Virus record (IMG/VR): IMGVR_UViG_3300037742_000095
Span: 1-63,311 of that record
Strand: one strand, 5' to 3'
Length of the DNA: 63,311 bases
Source: a virus
Lineage: Duplodnaviria; Caudoviricetes
Shown here: positions 19,318 through 28,455 of the stretch, in pieces
How positions within the stretch are numbered: position 1 is the first letter of the stretch
How the letters are laid out: each line of letters starts with the position of its first letter
Notes under the pieces: generated by a model
What the model saw: the letters and a program-made list of their open reading frames with translations, nothing else
What the model was told of the DNA's origin: nothing
Databases searched by the model: none
Translations under genes and position numbers: made by a program

Positions 19318-20021
19318 TGCCCATCGATCTCAGCCAGATCAAGAAGAAGATCGTCGGACCGCAGGACGGCCAGGACGTGGTCCGGCTACGGGTCGGCACG
19401 GTCAGCGCAGTGAATGCCGACGGCACGTTGGACGTGACGATCTCGGGGATCGTGGTGCCGAGCGTGCCCCGGCTCCGGGGTGAACCGCTGGCGGTCGGGG
19501 AAGTGGTGCAGCTGACCAGCTACCGGGGCTCGCTGATGGTCCTGGACTCGACAGCCAGCAACGCGAACACCTACGGCAACGAGCCGTTCGTGCGGGCGTC
19601 GGCCACGTCCAACTCCGGCGCGATCAACGCGGAGACCGTGGTACTGACGTTGGCCTCCCGGACCTACAAGTCCGGCCGGGCCTACATCGCCTGGGCGGGG
19701 GGTGGCGTTCTGTTCTCCGCCAACTCCGCCTTCTCGGCCTGGAACATGAAGAAGGGCACGACCACCGGCGGCAGCACGGTGGTCAGTTACCCCCGGCAGA
19801 GCAACGGCGCGGCGACCACCACGCTGGAACAGCACTTGAATCTTCAACAAGTGTTCGCGGTTACCGGCGGGTCGGACGTGACCACTCAGATGGTTCTGAC
19901 GCTGGCCGCCAACGGCGCCAACACCGCGACGCACGCTGGGAGCGCAGTCAACCCCCGGCACCTGACCATCCTGCCCGCAGGCCGGGCATCCGCCTGGAGC
20001 AACCCAGCCGTTCTGAGTTAG
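19317..20021 (+). CDS. Minor tail protein
   Basis: N-terminal LRVGTVSAV OB-like segment; synteny. Confidence 0.65.
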   Translation: MPIDLSQIKKKIVGPQDGQDVVRLRVGTVSAVNADGTLDVTISGIVVPSVPRLRGEPLAVGEVVQLTSYRGSLMVLDSTASNANTYGNEPFVRASATSNSGAINAETVVLTLASRTYKSGRAYIAWAGGGVLFSANSAFSAWNMKKGTTTGGSTVVSYPRQSNGAATTTLEQHLNLQQVFAVTGGSDVTTQMVLTLAANGANTATHAGSAVNPRHLTILPAGRASAWSNPAVLS

Positions 20022-20030
20022 GGGAGCGAG

Positions 20031-20213
20031 ATGAGCGACAACCCCGAGTTCGAGGGCCCGTACGACCCGGCCAAGGGGTCCTGTTACCCGGAGGGTCACC
20101 CGGTCAACGAGTTCGGCCGGTGCCAGACGCTGAACGAGTTCGGGGTGTGCCCGCCGGTGCCGCCGGACCCGGATCCTGACGAACCGGACGAAAGCCCCTC
20201 AAGCGTCGTCTGA
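20031..20213 (+). CDS. Small hypothetical protein
   Basis: RBS GGGGAG; NEFG-x-C repeated twice. Confidence 0.5.
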   Translation: MSDNPEFEGPYDPAKGSCYPEGHPVNEFGRCQTLNEFGVCPPVPPDPDPDEPDESPSSVV

Positions 20214-20215
20214 CC

Positions 20216-20360
20216 CGGGGGAGCGGGGGGACCGGGGGAACCTTGTCCTCTCAGCCCCCCACGAAAAAACGTCTCTAGGGGTGTGCGGGCGGGCGCGAGG
20301 GCGCGTGCACGCGTGCGCGAGGAGCAAAGTGGGTTCCCCCGCTCCCCCCGCTCCCCCCGC
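20216..20360. other. Origin-like intergenic element
   Basis: Inverted G-rich/C-rich short repeats flanking an A-tract and a CGCGTGCACGCG palindrome. Confidence 0.4.
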
Positions 20361-20405
20361 CGGACAGCCCGGCCGAGATGCCCCCTCGTCCGCTAGAGTG
20401 AGGAC

Positions 20406-21077
20406 ATGACAGTCATGCCGCCAACGTGGACGATCCTGGTCCCGACGCTCGGCGAGCGGCGTGCACTGTTCGAGAAGCTGATGCGCGTGCTGCTGCCGCA
20501 GCTGGACCCGTACGGCGGTCAGGTCCGGGTGGTCGGCTGGTTCAACAACGGCCGCCCGTCCCTCCCCGAGATCCGCCAGCACATGATGGCCGGGGCCGGA
20601 TCGGACTACGTCTCGTTCGTCGACGATGACGACCTGGTGCCGCCGTACTACGTCGACGAGGTGATGAGCGCGCTCGGCCAGCGGCCGGACTACGTGGGCT
20701 GGCTGGTCCAGTGCTATTCGGACGGGCGGCCGACAGCGATTGCGCACCACTCCCTGGAGCACTCGACCTGGTCCAACGAGGGGGCCCGCTACCTGCGCGA
20801 CATCTCGCACTTGAACCCGGTCCGGCGGCAGCTGGCACTGAGGGCCGACTACCGGGCGGGCAAGCGTGGCCAGCCGGAGGACCGGGCCTGGGCCGACCAG
20901 ATGCGCCGTGGCGGCTACCTCAAGACCGAGGTGGTCATTCCCCGGATCATGTACCACTACCTGTTCTGTACCGGCCGCAAGGCTGGGCTCGGCAGCCGGG
21001 CGCGCAACACGCGGCTGATCCGGCCGAGCAACACGCGGTCAGAGATCAACCACCCGTATTTCACCTGGAGCGCCTGA
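20406..21077 (+). CDS. Glycosyltransferase family 2
   Basis: WTILVPT, YVSFVDDDD (DxD), EDRAW. Confidence 0.85.
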   Translation: MTVMPPTWTILVPTLGERRALFEKLMRVLLPQLDPYGGQVRVVGWFNNGRPSLPEIRQHMMAGAGSDYVSFVDDDDLVPPYYVDEVMSALGQRPDYVGWLVQCYSDGRPTAIAHHSLEHSTWSNEGARYLRDISHLNPVRRQLALRADYRAGKRGQPEDRAWADQMRRGGYLKTEVVIPRIMYHYLFCTGRKAGLGSRARNTRLIRPSNTRSEINHPYFTWSA

Positions 21078-22762
21078 TGAGCAAGAAGGCCGAGCTGGCC
21101 GTGATCGTTCCGACCCGGGGCCGACCGGCCAACTTGAATCGGGTTATCGGTGCCTGGGACTTCACGAACGCCTGGGACGTGGCGGACCTGATCGTGGTGG
21201 TGGACGCGGACGATCCGGAGATCCGGGGCTACCGCGACGCGGTAAACGAGATCTTGGACAACGTCCCCGACGGTGCAGCTGACCCCATCCGGCTGATCGA
21301 ACATCCTGAGTGGATGCCGATGGTGCACAAGCTCGACGCAGCGGCTACCGCGCTCGCGGTCAGCGGGAAGTATTTCGCGCTGGGGTTCGCCGGTGATGAC
21401 CATCTCCCCCAGACGATCGGCTGGGCCGAGACGTACCTGACCGCGCTGCGCGAGCTTGGCACCGGCATGGTCTACGGGGACGATGGTTACCAGGGCAAGA
21501 AGCTGGCCACCGAGTGGGCTGTGACCGCCGATGTGGTCCGGACGCTGGGCCGGATGGTCCCGGCGCCGGTCGAACACCTCTACTGCGACAACGCGATGAT
21601 GGACCTGTTCGACGCTGCCGGGGCGATGCGCCACCTCCCCCAGGTTCGCATCGAGCACATGCATCCGGCCGCCGGGAAGGCAGCCAGCGACGACCAGTAT
21701 CAGCGGGTCAACTCGCGGGCACAGTACGCCCAGGATCGGGACCGCTACCAGAGCTGGAAGAACGGCAAACTGTCCGAGCAGTTGGCCGTGCTCCGGGCGC
21801 TCCGTCCAGGACGCCTGACCCGTTCCTTCAAGAAGGAGGCAAGGACGATGAGCAAGACCCCGTTCCCACATCATTTCAAGCAGGTCAGGGGAGCGACACC
21901 GCCCGAGATCGAGGTGACGCTGGCCGACCTCGCGCTCCGGGTGCCGATGGATCAGGAAATCGTCGAACTCGGTGTGTTCCAGGGCAAGACCGCCCTGGTG
22001 ATGGCCTGGGGTGCTCGGCAGGGCGCCGGTGCGCACGTCACGGGGATCGACGCCTGGGACCTGCCCGGCAACACCTACGATGCACCGTTCACCGACGAGG
22101 GGTCCCGGCGCTGGGCCCGGTACTGGGTGCAGAACCTCGGCTACGCCAACCACATCGAGCTGATTCACGCCTTCAGCCATGATGTGGCCGCCAGTTGGTC
22201 CGGTAAGCCGATCGGTCTTCTGTTCGTGGACGCTGACCACTCCTACGAGGGCGCGCGCCGGGACATCGAGGATTGGGCACCATACCTGGCGCCGGACGCC
22301 GTCATCGCGGTGGACGACTACGGCCACCCGGACTGGCCGGGCGTGAAGCAGGCTGTGGACAAGCTCGTGGACGAGGGCTTCTTGACTCCGGTCGTGATCT
22401 ATCACGAGCGGCTGGCCGTCACCGCGCTGACCGGGAAGGACCGGGGTAAGAGCCGGGCGGACGGTGCGGTCACGGCCATCACCAGCGATGGCGTCTCTCC
22501 CTCCCCCAAGCTGCCGGACCGGGACACGCTGGAGGCGGAGTGGGAGAAGGTGGACCCGGAAGGCGTGGCCCGCGTTGACAGTGAAGTGTCAGGTGGCGAG
22601 ACCGTTCAGGCTGGGGAGTTGGAGGACATCCCGGCCGGGACCAGGATCACCGACCTCAATACCGTCCAGCTCCGGGCGCTGGCCAAAGCGCGTGGCATAT
22701 CGCTGGGCGCCCGCAAGGACAAGCGCTCGGAGATGCTCCAGGCGCTCCGAGACGGTCAGTGA
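21077..22762 (+). CDS. GT2-like glycosyltransferase fused to class I SAM methyltransferase (Methyltransf_24-like) with Rho-N-like tail
   Basis: VIVPTRGRP, FAGDDH; VELGVFQGKT, LLFVDADHSYE, VDDY; LNTVQLRALAKARGI. Confidence 0.85.
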   Translation: MSKKAELAVIVPTRGRPANLNRVIGAWDFTNAWDVADLIVVVDADDPEIRGYRDAVNEILDNVPDGAADPIRLIEHPEWMPMVHKLDAAATALAVSGKYFALGFAGDDHLPQTIGWAETYLTALRELGTGMVYGDDGYQGKKLATEWAVTADVVRTLGRMVPAPVEHLYCDNAMMDLFDAAGAMRHLPQVRIEHMHPAAGKAASDDQYQRVNSRAQYAQDRDRYQSWKNGKLSEQLAVLRALRPGRLTRSFKKEARTMSKTPFPHHFKQVRGATPPEIEVTLADLALRVPMDQEIVELGVFQGKTALVMAWGARQGAGAHVTGIDAWDLPGNTYDAPFTDEGSRRWARYWVQNLGYANHIELIHAFSHDVAASWSGKPIGLLFVDADHSYEGARRDIEDWAPYLAPDAVIAVDDYGHPDWPGVKQAVDKLVDEGFLTPVVIYHERLAVTALTGKDRGKSRADGAVTAITSDGVSPSPKLPDRDTLEAEWEKVDPEGVARVDSEVSGGETVQAGELEDIPAGTRITDLNTVQLRALAKARGISLGARKDKRSEMLQALRDGQ

Positions 22763-23484
22763 GACTCTCTGTCTCGATCCAGGCTCACCCGGACCGGTTC
22801 GACCTGGTGACAGGGCTACGGCTGTCGCTGTCCCTGACCGACCAGTCCGAATTGGTCCCGGTGGCTTGGGACGACGAAGGCCCGCCGAACGGCAACGCTG
22901 ACCGGGGCTGGCGCACGGCGCGCCGGGCCTGGCAGCTGGCTGACCCGGACGCTGACTGGCACTTGGTACTCCAGGACGACGCGGTGCTGTGCGCCGACCT
23001 GGTGCCCGGCCTGGAGCGCGCGCTGGAGCACGTACCGGCGGATGCCGTGGTCTCTGCGTACCTGGGACGGGGAGGAGGCAACGGGTACCGATGGCGCACC
23101 ATCGCGGCCCAGGCCATCGAGTCTCACCCGAGTTGGGTGGTCAGCTCGAAACTGAGCTGGGGGGTGGCGATCATCCTCCCCACCCGGCTCATTCCGGAGA
23201 TGCTCGATGCTTGCGACCGCAAGCACGGGGTAACCGATGACATGCGCGTAGCGGGCTGGGCCGAGAAACGTCGCAGTGAAGTCTGGTATCCGTGGCCGTC
23301 TCTCGTGGATCATCAGCCCGTACCGTCACTGACCAAGCACCGTGCCGCCGATCGGGTGGCATGGAAACATCACAGGGAGTCAGCGCTGGAGCTGGACTGG
23401 ACGGGAGCGAAGATCATCGATCCTGCTCTCAGGCGGTTGAGGCCCTTGAGGTCAGGGCCATCAATGTTACGCCGTGTAGTCTGA
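22759..23484 (+). CDS. Glycosyltransferase-like protein
   Basis: IQAHPDR, LVLQDDAVLC, PSLVDH motifs of actinophage glycosyltransferases. Confidence 0.75.
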   Translation: MRLSVSIQAHPDRFDLVTGLRLSLSLTDQSELVPVAWDDEGPPNGNADRGWRTARRAWQLADPDADWHLVLQDDAVLCADLVPGLERALEHVPADAVVSAYLGRGGGNGYRWRTIAAQAIESHPSWVVSSKLSWGVAIILPTRLIPEMLDACDRKHGVTDDMRVAGWAEKRRSEVWYPWPSLVDHQPVPSLTKHRAADRVAWKHHRESALELDWTGAKIIDPALRRLRPLRSGPSMLRRVV

Positions 23485-23525
23485 ACAGCGTCAGAGCTAG
23501 GCACCGGAAGGGCTGGGGAACGTGC

Positions 23526-23795
23526 GTGAGCAGGCGAGAACTGCCCCCTTTGCGACGAGACCTGTTCTTTCTGGTCCTGGGCGGAAGTTGGGGAACATGG
23601 ACAGTCGTAACCGCGGGTCCGTGGCCGATCATGCTGATCAGCGCGGCGACGATGCTGGGACCTGGCTTTCTCAGGCTCTGGCTCTCCACGCCCGCTACCG
23701 GGGCCAGTCTCTCGTTGCCGCCGCCGGAGTCACCGGCGCTGCCGGACTCCTCATCGCCTGGGCCGCCAACGGCGGGATCGGCGGCTGAGGCATGA
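23526..23795 (+). CDS. Small membrane protein
   Basis: Two hydrophobic segments; stop overlaps next ATG. Confidence 0.5.
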   Translation: MSRRELPPLRRDLFFLVLGGSWGTWTVVTAGPWPIMLISAATMLGPGFLRLWLSTPATGASLSLPPPESPALPDSSSPGPPTAGSAAEA

Positions 23796-24091
23796 CGCCG
23801 GAAGACATCCCGGCCGAGATCTACGCTCGGGTCCGTGACGAGGTACGACGTGGCAGGCGCCGGGACCGGCTGGTGCTGACCAGCTGGGGGATGGCTGTGC
23901 TGATCCTGGCGGGCCTGTTCTCGGCGTGGGTGGCGAACAACGACCGCCAGCAGGATCGTGACCTGTGTGCGCTGATCAGCGTGTTTCAGGGCGGGCCCGA
24001 ACCGGTGCCAGGCCCGGAGGGCGATCGTGCCCGGACGATTCGGCGGGCGCTGGATGACTGGTCCGGTCGTCGGCACTGTCCTCCCCGATGA
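23792..24091 (+). CDS. Single-TM membrane protein
   Basis: TM segment plus C-terminal Cys pair. Confidence 0.6.
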   Translation: MTPEDIPAEIYARVRDEVRRGRRRDRLVLTSWGMAVLILAGLFSAWVANNDRQQDRDLCALISVFQGGPEPVPGPEGDRARTIRRALDDWSGRRHCPPR

Positions 24092-24097
24092 TCAATA

Positions 24098-24127
24098 TTG
24101 CTAACCGAGCAGGCATGACTGTATGGT
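24098..24127 (+). promoter_or_regulatory. Degenerate promoter motif copy
   Basis: TTGCTA-N18 (contains CAGGCATGACTG)-TATGGT. Confidence 0.6.
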
Positions 24128-24195
24128 GTTATGAGTTGAACACTCGCAAGAACCAGGGACAGCCCTGGATCCTGCCTTGAACTACGCGAGAGAAG

Positions 24196-24453
24196 GTGAG
24201 CACTGTGACGAGCCAGGACGAGACCGAGGCCCCTGACACGTTCGTTGGATATGGTCCGGCGGCTGAGTACCTGGGTCTCCAGCGCAACACGCTCTCCAGC
24301 TACTCGGCCCGGGGTATCGGCCCGAGGGTCGTCGAGTTCGATTTCAGCGGTCAGTACCGCCAGCCGGTCTTCACGAAGGCCGATCTGGACAAGTGGCGCG
24401 CCGAACGGCCTGGACAGGGTGCCCGGACAGACCTGGTCGAGGTAGCTGTCTGA
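24196..24453 (+). CDS. AlpA/excisionase-like HTH regulator
   Basis: AAEYLGLQRNTLSSY...GP...F..ADLDKW...RPGQGARTDL. Confidence 0.75.
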   Translation: MSTVTSQDETEAPDTFVGYGPAAEYLGLQRNTLSSYSARGIGPRVVEFDFSGQYRQPVFTKADLDKWRAERPGQGARTDLVEVAV

Positions 24454-24471
24454 CATTGCTGCGTCCCAGAT

Positions 24472-24519
24472 AGAACCTCCCGAGATCCAAGTGCCCTGGA
24501 TCTCGGGAGGTTCTTTTTT
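24472..24519 (+). terminator. Rho-independent terminator
   Basis: 18-bp perfect stem followed by T-tract. Confidence 0.85.
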
Positions 24520-24597
24520 GCCCCGGAGGCTAAAAATTGAAACGTGTCAGTCGATCTTGAAGAGAAGGCCCGGCCCCTCTCGGCCGGGCCTTACTGT

Positions 24598-25074
24598 TCA
24601 GGCCGCTCGCAGCGTCCGGACGTTGCTCTTGGCTTTCGTGGCTGCCCGGCGCCGGGCCCGCGGCCGGACCGTCTTGGCCTTCATCCCCGGGGAGGCGAAC
24701 GCCATCATGACGTCTACCGTCAGCGGCAACAGGTGGGAGCTGACCGAGTCCATGCCTGCCGTGGTGAAGAACTCGACCAGGTGCCAGTACGAGACCCAGC
24801 CTGCGATCCCGGCCAGGAACAGCATGCCGACGAACCGGGCCTTGCCTGCCAGACCTACTGCCGGGACGTTCTCCATCAATGCCATGGCCAGCAGGAAGGC
24901 GATCGGGGCCCAGAGCCCGGACGCTACTCCCCGGAAGGTCGGCTCGCTCGCGTCGACGTTAGCGGCCAGGCTGACCACAACACCTACCGCGAACACCGCG
25001 CGGGAGGTCTGGATGGCTCGCCGGGCGGAGCGCTGCGCGGCGGTCGGGCGTCGGGTCGTGTTCTTGGCGGTCAT
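24598..25074 (-). CDS. DUF2637-like membrane protein
   Basis: SLAANV, VSYWHL, LLPLTVD; ATG inside repeated cassette. Confidence 0.75.
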   Translation of the reverse strand: MTAKNTTRRPTAAQRSARRAIQTSRAVFAVGVVVSLAANVDASEPTFRGVASGLWAPIAFLLAMALMENVPAVGLAGKARFVGMLFLAGIAGWVSYWHLVEFFTTAGMDSVSSHLLPLTVDVMMAFASPGMKAKTVRPRARRRAATKAKSNVRTLRAA

Positions 25075-25542
25075 CTCGTTCTCCCTCGTTCGTCCTGCCC
25101 TGATGAGAACTACTTTACAGGCATGACTGTGAAGTGTCAACCGGTAAAGGCCCGGCTTTTCGGCCAGGCCTTTTATGAGGTTCAGATCCCGGCAGCCACG
25201 CGACCGGCGTCAGTCAGCTCGTAACGGAAGCCCAGGCCTTGACGCTTGACCCATCCACGCGACTCGCAGGTGTTGTAGACAACCGGCTTCATCCGGGGCT
25301 GTCGGTCTTCAAGGCCAGCGAGGGAGCGGAGGAGGTTCATCTGCGGCTTGCTCGGCTTGGCGGTCATCTCGTTCTCCCTCGTTCGTCCTGCCCTGATGGG
25401 AACTACTTTACAGGCATGACTGTGAAGTGTCAACGTGCTGTGAACTACTTCACAGGCACGGCTGGGAGGTTGACACTTCACAGTCATGCCTGTAAAGTAG
25501 TTCCCATCAGGGCAGGACGAACGAGGGAGAACGAGATGACCG
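25063..25542. repeat. Three copies of a 74-79 bp promoter-leader-RBS-ATG cassette (25063-25141 minus, 25356-25434 minus, 25469-25542 plus)
   Basis: TTGACACTTCACAGTCATGCCTGTAAAGTAGTTCYCATCAGGGCAGGACGAACGAGGGAGAACGAGATGACCG; one mismatch among copies. Confidence 0.95.
25182..25367 (-). CDS. Small winged-helix-like protein (61 aa)
   Basis: ATG of cassette copy 2; RGWV...YELTDAGR. Confidence 0.7.
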   Translation of the reverse strand: MTAKPSKPQMNLLRSLAGLEDRQPRMKPVVYNTCESRGWVKRQGLGFRYELTDAGRVAAGI

Positions 25543-26429
25543 AGACCGAGACCGCGCGGCAGGCCGATCACGCCGAGGCCCTGGAGATGAACGCCGGGCG
25601 GGTAGACGCGCCGAACTTGATGACCCAGGCAGCCGACACCGAGATCATGGACCAGGCGCTCCTAGCGCTGGCCGCTGAGCGCGACGAGGAGCCGGTGGAG
25701 CAGACTCCTGCCTCCCCGGCTACCGAGACCACGGGATCGGCCGTGGTGAGCCTGCTGGAGCGGGTCTGGGCGCGGATCCGCGAAGACCATCCCGAGCTTC
25801 CGGACGTGGTGATCGTGACCGGCTCCGGCCTGCTGGGAAGCAGCAAGTGGGGCCACTTCCGCGCCGAGGGCTGGAAGGTCCGCGAGGAGGGCGCGGCCTT
25901 GCGCAAGCACGAGCTGTTCCTGGCCGGTGAGGCGCTGGCCAAGGGAGCACACCAGGTGCTCCAGACCATGCTCCACGAGGGGGCCCACACCCTGGCCAAG
26001 GTCCGGGACTTGAAGGACACGAGCCGCCAGAACCGCTGGCACAACCAGACTTTCAAGAAGTTGGCAGAGGAGATGGGCCTGGAGCACAAGGGCACCACGG
26101 CTGACAAGTCGCACGGCTACTCGTTCGTCACTCTGACCAGCGCGACCAAGGAACGGTACGAGGACCTGCTGGCTGAGCTGGATCGTGAGATCCGGCTGAC
26201 CTGCCACCTCCCCACCTGGCTGGGTGGAGACGGCGGTCAGACCGATGAGGACGAGAAGGGTGGCGAGCGGATCACCGGCGGGCCGGACAGGGCTGAGAGC
26301 AAGGGCAGCGGAAGCCTCAAGCTGACCTGCGCGTGCCCGGAACCCAACATCATCCGGGCCAGCCGGAAGGTCGCGGACAAGCTGGTCGTCAAGTGCGAGG
26401 ACTGCGACGAGCTGTTCGGCGAGAAGTGA
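25536..26429 (+). CDS. SprT-like Zn metalloprotease-domain protein
   Basis: MLHEGAH (HExxH) ...RWHNQTF; C-terminal CAC...CEDC. Confidence 0.75.
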   Translation: MTETETARQADHAEALEMNAGRVDAPNLMTQAADTEIMDQALLALAAERDEEPVEQTPASPATETTGSAVVSLLERVWARIREDHPELPDVVIVTGSGLLGSSKWGHFRAEGWKVREEGAALRKHELFLAGEALAKGAHQVLQTMLHEGAHTLAKVRDLKDTSRQNRWHNQTFKKLAEEMGLEHKGTTADKSHGYSFVTLTSATKERYEDLLAELDREIRLTCHLPTWLGGDGGQTDEDEKGGERITGGPDRAESKGSGSLKLTCACPEPNIIRASRKVADKLVVKCEDCDELFGEK

Positions 26430-26470
26430 TCGCCGGAGGGGCGGCCCGGGAAACCGGTGCCGCCCTCCCC

Positions 26471-26500
26471 CTTGACAACCTTACAGTCATGACGGTAACG
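26471..26500 (+). promoter_or_regulatory. Phage promoter motif copy
   Basis: TTGACA-ACCTTACAGTCATGACGG-TAACGT. Confidence 0.75.
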
Positions 26501-26547
26501 TAATGTACGGTGGGAGAGGTCCTGCCGTTGGGGGAGGAAGGGGAGAG

Positions 26548-27444
26548 ATGATCGAGACATTGGGCCGAGCGGGTTGGACGCTCCAAGAGGCGCTGTCCGA
26601 GGAGAACGATCTGGCTGCTGTTCAATGGGCCGTGGTCCGTGAGAAGGCCATTCGGGACGGGATGGCCAAGACTGGCGAGGGCCGGGAGATCGTGGCCCAG
26701 ACACTGGACGCGATGGAGGCCATGGACCAGGAGGCCGTGCTGGACTTGACCGAGGGCAGCCCGACCACGCTGGCGGATGCGCTGGCCCGGTACATCCGGA
26801 TCATGCGGACCTGGGAGGAGCCGGACGGCCGCGTGGAGCGGGATGTGGTGCTTAGCGACCTCTCGGCCATCCTGGAGTATCCCTGGCGCGATGAGGAGGC
26901 GCTGCTGGCGCTGCACGAGCCGAACGTGCGGCTGTACATAGAGGAAGGCGACAACCGGGACCTGGAGATCCGGATCGGTGACAACCGCTGGCTGGTCGCC
27001 ACGGTCAATTGGGAAGAGGCCGGGTCCGCTGGCCAGCATGCCGCCGAGCAGGTAGCTCGGGCCGTGCACCGCGCCGTGCTGGTGCGGGTGCTCGCGGACC
27101 GTGACCACCACGTCCAGCTGAACGCGGTCCAGACCGCTGACCTGGCCCAGTGGCTGACCCGGCCGAATGGGTCGATGAGCGACGGTCAGCGGCTGTCGGT
27201 GGACGCGGTGGCTGGTGGCGGTGTGCTGGTGCGCACCCGGCCCTACAGCTACCAGCGGCCCGGCCACGCGATGGCCCGGGATCAGGAGTCGGCCGACGTC
27301 CGGCGCCCGGCGCCGACCATGGACGGTATCCGGGGTCACCTCCCCATGACGGCTGAAGAGGCTGAGCAGCGACGGAGGTTGACCGAGGAGATGTCCCGGC
27401 CGATCGATCTCAGCGCGTTCCGCAGCTCCTGGCCTGACGCATGA
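26548..27444 (+). CDS. Hypothetical protein
   Basis: Strong RBS; stop overlaps next start. Confidence 0.65.
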   Translation: MIETLGRAGWTLQEALSEENDLAAVQWAVVREKAIRDGMAKTGEGREIVAQTLDAMEAMDQEAVLDLTEGSPTTLADALARYIRIMRTWEEPDGRVERDVVLSDLSAILEYPWRDEEALLALHEPNVRLYIEEGDNRDLEIRIGDNRWLVATVNWEEAGSAGQHAAEQVARAVHRAVLVRVLADRDHHVQLNAVQTADLAQWLTRPNGSMSDGQRLSVDAVAGGGVLVRTRPYSYQRPGHAMARDQESADVRRPAPTMDGIRGHLPMTAEEAEQRRRLTEEMSRPIDLSAFRSSWPDA

Positions 27445-27953
27445 GTCTCAAGGTGCTCGGGCTGGACCTCTCGATCACGGCCACCGGGCTGACCCACACG
27501 GTGGAGGGTGCGGCCTGCTCGCATGTGATCAAAACTCGGGAGAAGGACAAGGACCGGCGGCTGATCCAGCTGCGCAACACGGTTCGGGAGCTAGCGCCGG
27601 GCGCTACGTTCGCGCTGATCGAGGCGCCCACTGCGCGCTCGTTCGCTGCCGTGATCGCGGGCATGGTCCAGGCCACCGTCCGGATCGAGCTGCTGGAGCT
27701 GGGTATCCCGTACGGCACGATCCTGCCCGCTGGTCTCAAGAAGTACGCCACGGGCAAGGGGTCGCATCCGGGTCAGGGCAAGACACCGATGCGCATGGAG
27801 GCGTTCAAGCGCTTGGGCCTGGAGTTCGAGGACGACAACGCCTGTGACAGCTGGTGGGCCTGGGCGATGGCCTGCGATTTCCTAGGCCACCCGGTCCTGG
27901 AGATGCCCAAGCTGAATCGAGAGAGCCTGAGCAAGATCAGGATGGAGGGGTAG
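27441..27953 (+). CDS. RuvC-like Holliday junction resolvase
   Basis: VLGLDLSITATG, LIEAP, LKKYATGKG, DDNACDS. Confidence 0.85.
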   Translation: MSLKVLGLDLSITATGLTHTVEGAACSHVIKTREKDKDRRLIQLRNTVRELAPGATFALIEAPTARSFAAVIAGMVQATVRIELLELGIPYGTILPAGLKKYATGKGSHPGQGKTPMRMEAFKRLGLEFEDDNACDSWWAWAMACDFLGHPVLEMPKLNRESLSKIRMEG

Positions 27954-27956
27954 ACC

Positions 27957-28331
27957 ATGAGAGCGTCGGTAATAGCCGCGCGGCGCCAGGAGATCCTCGA
28001 TGAGGCCCCGTGCGAGGGCTGCGGCGGCACGCTGGAGACCTGCAAGGCCAACCGGGGGAAGGACCCAACCGCGCCGAAATGGTTCGGCTGCTGCGCGCGT
28101 GGCCTGGACTTTCGGCCGTGTGTGCACGTGCCGAGCGTGAACCGGCTCCTCGCGCTGCTGGAGGAGATCGAGAGCGGCCGGGTCCAGCCGGTGCTAAGCG
28201 AGGAGGACAAACTGCTCAGTTCGCTGAGCGAGGGGCCTTCAATCTCCGGTCTGCGCCGGATGGGCCCGCGTGAGGGCCTCCTGGACGGCATTTACTCAGC
28301 TGACTACTACGCAAGGGACGAGTATCCGTGA
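27957..28331 (+). CDS. Hypothetical Cys-rich protein
   Basis: RBS GGAGG; CEGC, GCC. Confidence 0.55.
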   Translation: MRASVIAARRQEILDEAPCEGCGGTLETCKANRGKDPTAPKWFGCCARGLDFRPCVHVPSVNRLLALLEEIESGRVQPVLSEEDKLLSSLSEGPSISGLRRMGPREGLLDGIYSADYYARDEYP

Positions 28332-28455
28332 TAACCCAAGAGGTTCAAGATCAACTCGATGAGTTGATCGAGGAGCTGAGCCCGGTGACACCATTTCCCG
28401 GCTTGCCGCAGATCTGTGAGATTCCGGGTTGCGGTTGCACGGGGGAGGCGCACCC

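Noticed and set aside
24196-24453. Integration/excision module
   Set aside because: An excisionase-like HTH is present, but no integrase or att site was recognised in the window
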